Shown: piece by piece, positions 37,317 through 46,466 of the stretch
Numbering within the stretch: position 1 is the first letter of the stretch
Layout of the letters: each line of letters starts with the position of its first letter
DNA from: a virus
Length of the DNA: 64,000 bases
Virus record (IMG/VR): IMGVR_UViG_3300019458_000020
Span: 76,152-140,151 of that record
Reading direction: 5' to 3' (one strand)
The notes under the pieces: generated by a model
Told to the model about the DNA's origin: nothing
The model's database searches: none
The model's input: only the letters and a program-made list of their open reading frames with translations
Made by a program: the position numbers and the translations under genes

Positions 37317-39605
37317 TTAATTGCTTCCGTCATCCGTCTGTTTTGTATTTCCTAAGAAATATACTAACCTTCCATGACCGGAATCATATTCCGACGCAAT
37401 AGATTTTCTTGTTTTTATAAAATTATCAAATAGAACGGCGTTTTGGTCATCGGACCCTGTTGATACGAACAAATATTCATCATTGTGTGTAACGTCTGCT
37501 AATTTAGACAAACAAATAACTCCTGTTGTTGCCCTCCATCTTGTAAATCTACTTCCACTTATATTAAAACCAGAACCAGTACATGCGGTAATATTTGGAA
37601 TGAAAAGGTTATTCTGCTGAATAACAATATCTCCGGTCTGAACAAATATACTTTTTGATACCACCAATTTTCCAGCAACAAATAAATCGCCTGGTTCAGA
37701 AGAACCGCTTCCGATAAAAGGAATTAGAGATTCACCCGACGCATCAAAACTTTGAAATACTTCAAGATTTGAATATACCAATGCTGAATTGACATCAAAT
37801 AATTCGGACCTGATTTCAAAATTTTCATTAGCAACAGATATACCCCAAGGAATTCTTGTCGTATAAGAATCCGGAGAAACACCATCATCACCGAATGTTC
37901 TAAAAGATAAATCTTGAAGAGTGACCTTACATTTATACGGAACCACTACCATTGTTCCGTTCATATCTTGTTGTGGAGTATAAAAAAATAATTGATTTGG
38001 TAAATTCTTCGTTGGTCCCAAATTCGACGCACTAACTTCTGCTAATTTTACTCCGAATGTGGAAGAGAATCCCTGTTCTTTTGGAATCGTTGCTGTAGAA
38101 CCTGTCAAGTAAAAGGAAACCCTTGCATCTATGTCTGTAGGATTCTTTTCTATAAAAATGTTGCCGGCCAAGAGATATTTAACATCTTGTTTTAATGAGA
38201 TAAAATTAGAATCATAGGATGAACCAGATGTACTGTTGAATTCTAATAAATTGAATGGGACATACTGTGCATTTCTATTAGTAGTCGTGGAATCACACTT
38301 GACCATGACATAAGACATTCCATCAACCGTTGACGGGTCGTTGGAATCTATTTTCATGGAGTTAATATATTTATCGGGGGTATGGGTTAGAAATATGTTA
38401 TTTGAGCTGGTAAACCAATACCTATTCATGTGTATTTTGTTATAAAATACACCCAATTTATCGTAAGAAATATTTTTTGTATTATTGTCTATCAATAATT
38501 CATTTGGTAATATTGGTTCATCTAATATAAGTTCGAATCCTCTCTTTTGAAACAAACTTTTTCGATATACTTTATGTCTTGCAACGAAACCAGAAAAGGT
38601 TCTAAGGTTTCTGTATGTAATATCTGCATAAGATGCTTTGATGGTTACGGTATTTCCGGCAAAACTTGTTGTGAGATAGGTAGTCGGTAAAGAATTATAA
38701 CCTATAAATGGATACGTGATGGCAAAAGACCCGCTTGTGATGTTCGCAACCAAATTATTTCCGTGACTATCTACATAAGAAAATGGGTCCAGTAACTTTA
38801 AAGTATGATTAGTTACTACATCTTTTATAGCAAATGATTGTGTTAATGGAGGGTTAAATGATAATTCTCTATTAGAGAATGGTTCCGAAATTTTATTGAT
38901 AGATAGAGCGATGTTGGACTTTAACATCTGTGTGTTGAATGATGCACTATTATCAGTATTTGCATTTATTGTTGTGCTTACATTTTCAATTTGGTAATTT
39001 ATATCAACCGATCTTCGATTAACGGAATTGACCAATGTATCTCTTTGAGGATTTAAAGCAAATCCATTAAATAATCCTGAGAATAATAATTGAGAATTTT
39101 CAGAATTATCTGCGGTATCAAATTGAGGTAACAAAACAGAAGTAACCTCCAACGCCGGCCTTTGATAAAATCGAACCTTCGAGTCGTTCCTTTTAGTTTT
39201 ATCAATGGTTATATTACTTACCCATCTAACTGACCTTCCATCGATTAATGTTCCGAATAGTATCAATTTTCCTGGACCAGAAACGGTATCTCCAAAGACC
39301 TGAATTGATACGATTTGGGCATTTCCTTCCTTATATACTGAAAATTTTGGAGAATTTGATGTTTTAGCCATTTCCAAGAATAAAGCGTTTCCACTTGGGT
39401 CTAAGCATTCGACGAGTATTTCACTACCAGGTTTTAAAAAATTTGACCCATTTATAGAAAATGAATTTTTTCCTGGCCCAAAGGTAGGATTAAAATTCGA
39501 GACTACAAAATATTTGGAAAGATACGACGTATCAACAATATCCACCTGTCGGGTGAGTAAATCGTATTTATTACCTTGTTTTCCGAAACTATCAAATAGG
39601 TTCAT
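37317..39605 (-). CDS. Large beta-rich virion structural protein (tail/baseplate-associated)
   Basis: Start MNLFDSFG at 39605 after TATTTATC; [ST]GS-rich like the other virion proteins. Confidence 0.6.
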   Translation of the reverse strand: MNLFDSFGKQGNKYDLLTRQVDIVDTSYLSKYFVVSNFNPTFGPGKNSFSINGSNFLKPGSEILVECLDPSGNALFLEMAKTSNSPKFSVYKEGNAQIVSIQVFGDTVSGPGKLILFGTLIDGRSVRWVSNITIDKTKRNDSKVRFYQRPALEVTSVLLPQFDTADNSENSQLLFSGLFNGFALNPQRDTLVNSVNRRSVDINYQIENVSTTINANTDNSASFNTQMLKSNIALSINKISEPFSNRELSFNPPLTQSFAIKDVVTNHTLKLLDPFSYVDSHGNNLVANITSGSFAITYPFIGYNSLPTTYLTTSFAGNTVTIKASYADITYRNLRTFSGFVARHKVYRKSLFQKRGFELILDEPILPNELLIDNNTKNISYDKLGVFYNKIHMNRYWFTSSNNIFLTHTPDKYINSMKIDSNDPSTVDGMSYVMVKCDSTTTNRNAQYVPFNLLEFNSTSGSSYDSNFISLKQDVKYLLAGNIFIEKNPTDIDARVSFYLTGSTATIPKEQGFSSTFGVKLAEVSASNLGPTKNLPNQLFFYTPQQDMNGTMVVVPYKCKVTLQDLSFRTFGDDGVSPDSYTTRIPWGISVANENFEIRSELFDVNSALVYSNLEVFQSFDASGESLIPFIGSGSSEPGDLFVAGKLVVSKSIFVQTGDIVIQQNNLFIPNITACTGSGFNISGSRFTRWRATTGVICLSKLADVTHNDEYLFVSTGSDDQNAVLFDNFIKTRKSIASEYDSGHGRLVYFLGNTKQTDDGSN

Positions 39606-39633
39606 ATTGATAAATATGAACACTTACCGAAGT

Positions 39634-42600
39634 TTACTCAAATTTGACCGTCGAAAAACCGTTCTCCTTCTTTATTTCCAAGTGGTTATCTACCATATCT
39701 CTTAACGCATCCAAATGAGATACGATTATTATAAAATCGAAACTGTGTTTTAGATATGAAAACAAAATTTGAACCGATGGAAGATTTGCAGAATCGATGA
39801 CACCGAACCCTTCATCAATTACCATGAAGTTCGGACGAGGTAAATTAGAAATATTTATCAATGCAACTCTAATTGCCAAGGATAAAACAAACTTTTCGAA
39901 TCCACTGGTAAGACCCATAGGCCATTTCTTTTCATCATATACGATATAAGGGACCACATTCTTACCATCCATTTCAATCTTTGCAGTAAAATCGACAATT
40001 TGACTAAGAATGGTATTAATCTCACCCTCAATTTGTGGAATTGTATCAGAAATGATTTCGTATGGTACACCATCTCTACTAACAGACTTAACATATAGTT
40101 CGTATGCTTTGAATTCGGATTCCGTTTTTTCGGCATTAGCAATCTTCGTGTTTATTTCTTCGATTTGATTCTTATACACAGACATTTTACCATTTAAATC
40201 GAGAAGTAATTTGTTTTTTGACTTAATTTCTATATCCAAGTTCTTTATCTCTAACTTTAAGGTTTCAATTTCATTATTAACCAAATCATTATTTTGAAGA
40301 GATTGTTCGTTTTGAAGATACAATGCAATATTTTTGTCGGCATCCTTCAACTTCTCACTATAAATCGATAGATTCGATTCTAATCTAACTATTTTATCTG
40401 TGACTGTGGTTATTTCGTTGTTCTTTTTATTTCGATTTTCTAATAGTTCATTGTAATCATCTTGAGCTTGTTCCGACCAAGATAATTTCTCAACATTTTC
40501 TTTGATTTCATTGAGTTGTTTCACTAATTCGTCTGCCTCATTCTTATCTATCTTTAGATTTTGATGTGCCGAAGCAGCTTCCTGAACAATAACGTCTGCA
40601 TTTTTTATACAAAATTCACAATCTGGATTAAATTCATATCCCTTTGCTTTGTTTATTTTTTCAAATTTATGAGACACTTCTATTTTTTTCTTTTCAATTC
40701 GGCTTCGAATAAAATCTCTTTGTTTACACAAGGATTGAAACTCTTTATATGATTCCTGAATGTTTTTTGCTGCTAATTCATCTACATTCTTGCTTATTAC
40801 ACTTAATTCTGACCGAAGAGTGTCTAATTTTGATTTTCCGTTCTGTATATCTCTTTCTAAAGTCTGTATATTTGATTCGGCAGAAGATTTATTAGTCTTT
40901 GACGTATGAATCGGTGGAATTTTTTCGTCTAACCTAATCAATTTAGAACTGACGGTTATTACTTCTTGTTGTATTTCTAATTGTCTTTGAGACATCTTTG
41001 TAACCTGTGAAGTGTAGTCATTAAATGCACTCTCCGACTGAGATAACGCATTAGTAGTATCTACTAACTTCTGTGTAAAGTCATCATTTTTGTATTGTTT
41101 TCTTTGAATCGATAATTCCTTGAGTGTTTCTGCAGCGGTAGTATGTAATTTATCAAATACATCCAATCCCATAAATTGTGCCAATAAGTCTTTCCTTTCG
41201 GTGTGTCCCATGTCTATAAAAGACCCAGCATTCTTTGTATTTTGAACGCTTAATGTGGTCAAAACAAAGTCTTCATAAGTACCTAAATATTCTCTGATTA
41301 ATTTGCCTGTATCCCTCCGGTCATCTTCATTCAAATCAACTCGTTTATCATTGACCGTTTTCCAAAATTCAACATCTACCTTGGCATTACCTTTTTTATC
41401 CAACTTGGCAGACTTCTCAATAAAGAAATCCACACCATCTATTTCAAAGTTGAACTTACATCTAAAGTTCATTTTTTGAACATTTATGATATTTGATGCT
41501 TTGAATTCTCTATCACATTTATCAAAAATACAAAATGAAAGAGCAGATAGCAATGTGGATTTACCGGATGTATTTGGAGCAAAAAGACCAACTACATCGT
41601 GAAGTTTAGTAAAATCGATAACATTCTCTTCTCCATAAGAGAACATATTATCCCATTCAAATCGTTTTGCTTTCCAACGAATATTCTTGGAACAATCCTC
41701 CTTATTAATAATCTGATTAGTAGATTCGCTGATTTTTAACACCTTATTTATTAATTCTTCATCTATTTCTTCGTGTTTTGTTTTTAGATACTGAGTAATA
41801 AGTTCGTTTTGATATGTGTGTGTCGATAGGTCTTTTAGAGAAATATTTCCTCCTGTCAACGGTTGTTTTACAACAGTATTGGTAGGAATATCCATTCTAA
41901 TATATGACACTTCAACTACTTCGGTAAGTAACCTAATACCTGTTAATACCGCCTTTACTTCGGTCGGCACACTCTCAAAACACTGCATTCTTAAACGTGT
42001 CTTTTTTGGAATATCAGCAAGGTCAGTATCAAGAACACCTTTATTAACTTGAACCGTAAAATATCCATAATCATTTGGAATTTCTATGTGAGTATATTTT
42101 CTTTTATTTAAATCCCACAATGATAATCCATGTTGATGTAAAGATTCTCCGTGATTTTGTTGAACTAAAGACCCACAATAATGAACAAAAGGTTTTCTTT
42201 CGGCGTCATTATATTCTTGTAAGTCTTGTTTCATGTGAATATCGCCCAGTAAAGCTAAATCATGACCATCAAATATGGTTACAGGAAAAGAAGTATTAAC
42301 TATTTTGTATCCAAGATAGGTATTGGAATTATGTACCGCACCATGAAATAGAACAATGAAATAGTCGTGTTGATTTCGATAGATACTTGGGATATCCGGT
42401 CCCTGTATGTATTTATCAGGGCCATCAAAAACACTATAATTGTTGAATAGAATATTTCCAATGGAATACAAACCCGATGATTTTAAGTAAAACAAATGGT
42501 CCTGCTTCATTGCATCAATGATTGGCGATAGACTGTCTAAACGACTTTTATTGCTTAAATTAGTATCATGATTTCCCGCAGTCAAAATTGTAGGTCTTAG

Positions 42601-42849
42601 TTTAGCCAGAGATTGAAGGAAATCTTTTGCTTCCTGAACACATTCCGGACTCAAATCCAATTTACTATGAACTACGTCACCAACTACACAAATTAAAGTG
42701 GATGATGGAGATTTCTTAATCTCTTCATAAAGATTTTCAAACACCACTTTATATTCATCATGCCGTTGTGTTAATCGAATATGAATATCGGCAATATGAA
42801 TAATGTGAGTGAATTTCTGAATAGGAGAATGTAAAATTTGTATGGACAT
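39634..42849 (-). CDS. Fused SbcD(Mre11/gp47)-SbcC(Rad50/gp46) recombination nuclease-ATPase
   Basis: ADIH, GD..H, GNHD, GDIH phosphoesterase motifs; APNTSGKST Walker A, CEFC hook, TSGFE signature, IDEGFG Walker B. Confidence 0.93.
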   Translation of the reverse strand: MSIQILHSPIQKFTHIIHIADIHIRLTQRHDEYKVVFENLYEEIKKSPSSTLICVVGDVVHSKLDLSPECVQEAKDFLQSLAKLRPTILTAGNHDTNLSNKSRLDSLSPIIDAMKQDHLFYLKSSGLYSIGNILFNNYSVFDGPDKYIQGPDIPSIYRNQHDYFIVLFHGAVHNSNTYLGYKIVNTSFPVTIFDGHDLALLGDIHMKQDLQEYNDAERKPFVHYCGSLVQQNHGESLHQHGLSLWDLNKRKYTHIEIPNDYGYFTVQVNKGVLDTDLADIPKKTRLRMQCFESVPTEVKAVLTGIRLLTEVVEVSYIRMDIPTNTVVKQPLTGGNISLKDLSTHTYQNELITQYLKTKHEEIDEELINKVLKISESTNQIINKEDCSKNIRWKAKRFEWDNMFSYGEENVIDFTKLHDVVGLFAPNTSGKSTLLSALSFCIFDKCDREFKASNIINVQKMNFRCKFNFEIDGVDFFIEKSAKLDKKGNAKVDVEFWKTVNDKRVDLNEDDRRDTGKLIREYLGTYEDFVLTTLSVQNTKNAGSFIDMGHTERKDLLAQFMGLDVFDKLHTTAAETLKELSIQRKQYKNDDFTQKLVDTTNALSQSESAFNDYTSQVTKMSQRQLEIQQEVITVSSKLIRLDEKIPPIHTSKTNKSSAESNIQTLERDIQNGKSKLDTLRSELSVISKNVDELAAKNIQESYKEFQSLCKQRDFIRSRIEKKKIEVSHKFEKINKAKGYEFNPDCEFCIKNADVIVQEAASAHQNLKIDKNEADELVKQLNEIKENVEKLSWSEQAQDDYNELLENRNKKNNEITTVTDKIVRLESNLSIYSEKLKDADKNIALYLQNEQSLQNNDLVNNEIETLKLEIKNLDIEIKSKNKLLLDLNGKMSVYKNQIEEINTKIANAEKTESEFKAYELYVKSVSRDGVPYEIISDTIPQIEGEINTILSQIVDFTAKIEMDGKNVVPYIVYDEKKWPMGLTSGFEKFVLSLAIRVALINISNLPRPNFMVIDEGFGVIDSANLPSVQILFSYLKHSFDFIIIVSHLDALRDMVDNHLEIKKENGFSTVKFE

Positions 42850-42854
42850 ATCAA

Positions 42855-43787
42855 TCAACTATTGATTTTCATTAACACCATATCTTCATAATCCGTAGAA
42901 GTAGATGATTCAATAATTTCTGTAACTCTATTAAAACCTAACACCGAAGGGTCTTTCTGTTCAAGTTTTATTAATTTAGTTTTTATAGAATATGCGGTTA
43001 AAATACTATAAATCTCCATAGCCTTTTTGAAGGCATCATTATCTAATAGGATGTTTACTTCCACATTACTTTCTATAATTTTTAATAACAATTTATCGGA
43101 AATAGTATTTCCGAATAATGGAATACCATTCTTTCTAACGGCTATAGCATCAAAACATCCTTCCACGATGGTTATAGGCTCACTCCAATTAATAAATAAC
43201 TCATATCCTATTACGTTTTTATCCCAAGAAGGTAAAATATACGAGGGTTTTATGTGATTGTTATACGAACGGGCACAAAAGAAATTAAGGCGACCATCTA
43301 AATCGTATGAAGGCATTATTATCCTATTTTTATAATCTCCACCAACACAATAACCGAGATTGTATCTTATAATATCTTCTCGTGTAATTTTTCTACTTCT
43401 AAGATAGTCTAAAGCGTTCACACATTCTACTGTTTTTTCTGCGTCAATTAATGATATAAATTCTGCTGGTAAGGAAAGATGTGTTTCTTTTGATTCGGAT
43501 GATTGAGTATATTTTGTTGGCCCGCCGGCGTATTTTGCTAATTCAGTAAAAACGTGTCGGGGAGCTTTGAGTTTCCATAAAAGTGTATGAAGGGCTTTTC
43601 CTGATGTTCCACAAATCCAACAGTTATACGAACCAAAATCCTCTCCACCGACAGCAATTTCCAATTTCTTTTTTCGATGATTACAAAAAGGACAACGATA
43701 AACCGCTTGTTGTCCACCTTTTCTCAACCACGACGGGCCCAGTAATTGATTGAAAATGGATATAATTTTAGTACTTTGATACACCAT
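42855..43787 (-). CDS. DNA primase (Zn finger + TOPRIM)
   Basis: CPFC...CWIC, RIIMP, IVEG.FDA, LDND. Confidence 0.88.
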   Translation of the reverse strand: MVYQSTKIISIFNQLLGPSWLRKGGQQAVYRCPFCNHRKKKLEIAVGGEDFGSYNCWICGTSGKALHTLLWKLKAPRHVFTELAKYAGGPTKYTQSSESKETHLSLPAEFISLIDAEKTVECVNALDYLRSRKITREDIIRYNLGYCVGGDYKNRIIMPSYDLDGRLNFFCARSYNNHIKPSYILPSWDKNVIGYELFINWSEPITIVEGCFDAIAVRKNGIPLFGNTISDKLLLKIIESNVEVNILLDNDAFKKAMEIYSILTAYSIKTKLIKLEQKDPSVLGFNRVTEIIESSTSTDYEDMVLMKINS

Positions 43788-43792
43788 GACTT

Positions 43793-43821
43793 ACGGTACA
43801 AATGAAGAAATGGATCGTCAA
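43793..43821 (-). promoter_or_regulatory. Sigma70-type promoter for primase-sbcCD
   Basis: TTGACG-N17-TACCGT ending 5 nt before ATG 43787. Confidence 0.4.
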
Positions 43822-43838
43822 TTTAAAATAAGATTGAT

Positions 43839-44342
43839 TTAACCATAAAGTGACGCCACAATAGCATCATAGGTGTCGCCATTTCTTTTATCCCAGTTCC
43901 CTATTTTATTAATTTTTTCAAATTGATTTATGTTCGGAACAATTTTTGGTAAAAATTCCTTTACATAATCTTTACCTTTCATTCCTTTAATTCTAGCCTT
44001 ACCTAAAACCTTTTTTCTAAGAGTAGAAACATTTAAAAGATTGACCGGTTTATTCCATCGTTCTGAAATAATATATTCAAACACGGCGTTAAATCTAGCT
44101 AAGAGTATAATTGTTTGTTGTTGTGTTCCGCCTCCCATGAATCCTGACAATGCCGCTTCGAGATTAATATGTGTAACGTTTGTTAACAAACAATTCTTTT
44201 CTAATTCCGTTATTACAAAAAACGTTTTTTCTTTATTTGTTTTTTGTTTTGAAATATCTAAAAATCCAGCATCCATAACTTTTCCATTTTCTGAAAAAGC
44301 CCAACCACAAACAGAAGTTGATGCATCGATTCCTAAAATCAT
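43839..44342 (-). CDS. RuvC-like Holliday junction resolvase
   Basis: MILGIDAST, LE, D.YDAIV; start moved to ATG 44342. Confidence 0.85.
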   Translation of the reverse strand: MILGIDASTSVCGWAFSENGKVMDAGFLDISKQKTNKEKTFFVITELEKNCLLTNVTHINLEAALSGFMGGGTQQQTIILLARFNAVFEYIISERWNKPVNLLNVSTLRKKVLGKARIKGMKGKDYVKEFLPKIVPNINQFEKINKIGNWDKRNGDTYDAIVASLYG

Positions 44343-44364
44343 AACCTTTTTGATAAGTAGTAAA

Positions 44365-44970
44365 TTAAGGGTCTGAAATTCCACTTAATCCTGAAAAATC
44401 TTGTGGACCACCTTTTCTGTATATCCAATTGATAGAATCATTATAAGTTTGTAATTTATGGCCGTTTAATCTATTTGAAACAGAATTTGAAACGATGGGT
44501 TTATCAAAACAATCTCCAGCAATTATGCCTCCTGATTTTATCTTAGGTAGCCACAATCTTATTGTTTTATCGACTTCTTCAGTAAAATGTTCAGAACTAA
44601 TAAAACAAAAATCTATTTCACCAAAATGAAAAGATTTACATAAATTTGATGGAACACCAATAGTCGTATTACAAATAGAATGAATAGATATGTCATGACT
44701 TCTTCGTTCAAAAATAAATTGGTCACGTCTATTTTTCAAAAGGTCTTCAGACAAAAGAGGGTCAAGATAATCTTCATCAAAATTTTCCGACGAAAATAGT
44801 TTAATAGGTTTGTTTAAATTAATTATTTCTACTCCTAAATAAGACGTGGATTTTCCAGTCCAACCACCAACTTCAATAAAAATAGATGGATCTGAAAAAT
44901 AATCTATAACATAATCATAAATTTTTATATGGTCGAATTTACCGTCTATATCTTGATAATAGTGTTGCAT
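44365..44970 (-). CDS. Class I SAM methyltransferase-like protein (Methyltransf_24-like), degenerate motifs
   Basis: FIEVGGWTGKST, IDFCFI, WLPKIKSGGIIAG. Confidence 0.7.
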   Translation of the reverse strand: MQHYYQDIDGKFDHIKIYDYVIDYFSDPSIFIEVGGWTGKSTSYLGVEIINLNKPIKLFSSENFDEDYLDPLLSEDLLKNRRDQFIFERRSHDISIHSICNTTIGVPSNLCKSFHFGEIDFCFISSEHFTEEVDKTIRLWLPKIKSGGIIAGDCFDKPIVSNSVSNRLNGHKLQTYNDSINWIYRKGGPQDFSGLSGISDP

Positions 44971-44973
44971 AAA

Positions 44974-46206
44974 TTATTCGGAATACATTGCTATGCCTTC
45001 AAGGTTGAATATTAAACTTCCTGTTTTTGACGTAATTCTATATGCAGTATTTGTTCCGGATGTATGAACAATCGGAGTATAAGTAAATTTTCCGACATAA
45101 ACATTTAAAGGAACATCACTATTTGAATAAGACAAACCTAACAAACTCGTTAACCATCGACAACTGTTATTCATTGTTACTTCCAACCACTGAGAACCAC
45201 TTGAACGTGTCACATCAACCTGTAAATTACTTAAAGAACCACTAAAAAATCTTCCTATCATCAATACGTATGTTGATGCTGGATTGGAAGAGACAGGAAC
45301 GAATTTAGAAGTTAATGAACCGGATGGTGGAGTTAAATTCTTATATACTTGATTTGATAGTTCGGCTACAGGTGGTATGAATGATGAACTATATACCGGC
45401 CAATTTCGAACAACTCTAACTTCATCTATATATCCTGTATAATAATCTGTATAAAATCTTCCTGTTCCAATTTTAAAAGATGTACCACCACAAGTCATGG
45501 CTTCATTGTATGACGTTTGCATTTCTGGTTCTCCGTCAAAATAAATGGTAAGATTATCAACATTACTTCCGCTTCTTACAATGGCCACATGATGCCAATC
45601 CTCATCAGCAACAATAGTATTTCCTATTAATGATACGTCTCCATAATTAGCTTCAAAAGTCAATTTATCGGAAGGATTAACATACATCGCATATCCACTA
45701 GAATCCGGGTCATTATCAGAATGATGAGACACCAATGCACGATATCCACCGGAATTGGGTTGCATATTCATGAAATACTCTATAGTAAAGTTTTCATTGG
45801 CATTAATATTATATGCCAAATCATAAAATCCTTCCACTGTTGCTGAACCATTGAAGTATCCTGATGATGACCCAAATTTTTTACTTTCTGTAGTAATCAG
45901 TAAATTAACTGAATTAATATCCACTAAAAAGGGGCCGTGGTCAAATGTCGTTGTACTTTCATGAACACCGTCAAAATGAAGAAGCGTTGTTAAACATGAA
46001 GACGAAGGAAGATTAACGGCTATTCCAGAAATAATGGAAGAATTGGAACTCGTAATGAATGGGCCTATGGAGGATACTCCAGAATCATCATTAAAATCAT
46101 CTACAAGACCATCAACAATTGGATACATCCCAATTTCTGGAGAATTAATTTGGCCTTTTAAGAAAGATAATAATTTATTAAAAATCGTATTATCTGTTGC
46201 TGCCAT
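44974..46206 (-). CDS. LamG/concanavalin A-like domain virion protein
   Basis: LLHFDG, KFGSSS.YFNG, FTIE, WHHVAIVR, GYIDEVRV. Confidence 0.85.
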   Translation of the reverse strand: MAATDNTIFNKLLSFLKGQINSPEIGMYPIVDGLVDDFNDDSGVSSIGPFITSSNSSIISGIAVNLPSSSCLTTLLHFDGVHESTTTFDHGPFLVDINSVNLLITTESKKFGSSSGYFNGSATVEGFYDLAYNINANENFTIEYFMNMQPNSGGYRALVSHHSDNDPDSSGYAMYVNPSDKLTFEANYGDVSLIGNTIVADEDWHHVAIVRSGSNVDNLTIYFDGEPEMQTSYNEAMTCGGTSFKIGTGRFYTDYYTGYIDEVRVVRNWPVYSSSFIPPVAELSNQVYKNLTPPSGSLTSKFVPVSSNPASTYVLMIGRFFSGSLSNLQVDVTRSSGSQWLEVTMNNSCRWLTSLLGLSYSNSDVPLNVYVGKFTYTPIVHTSGTNTAYRITSKTGSLIFNLEGIAMYSE

Positions 46207-46208
46207 TA

Positions 46209-46436
46209 TTAACCTTTGTATTTTTGAGTATTTAATCCACTAAGAAATATTGAATCCTTCTTTGGAAGATTAGTATTCTGACCACCTTTGGTAAATCCGT
46301 TAGCAAATTCGTTAGAAAATCCATCCACCAAAGCATTCGGAATTAATTTGGCGTCAAAGGCACCGCCCGCACGTTGGTTCTTGTATCTGGTTTCCAGATT
46401 TGTTGTTATTGAAGGTCTTTCAACTGGTATAGGCAT
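46209..46436 (-). CDS. Small hypothetical protein
   Basis: 75-aa ORF after a TACTTATT motif. Confidence 0.65.
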   Translation of the reverse strand: MPIPVERPSITTNLETRYKNQRAGGAFDAKLIPNALVDGFSNEFANGFTKGGQNTNLPKKDSIFLSGLNTQKYKG

Positions 46437-46466
46437 AATATTTTATCTCCATATAATAAGTATCAA

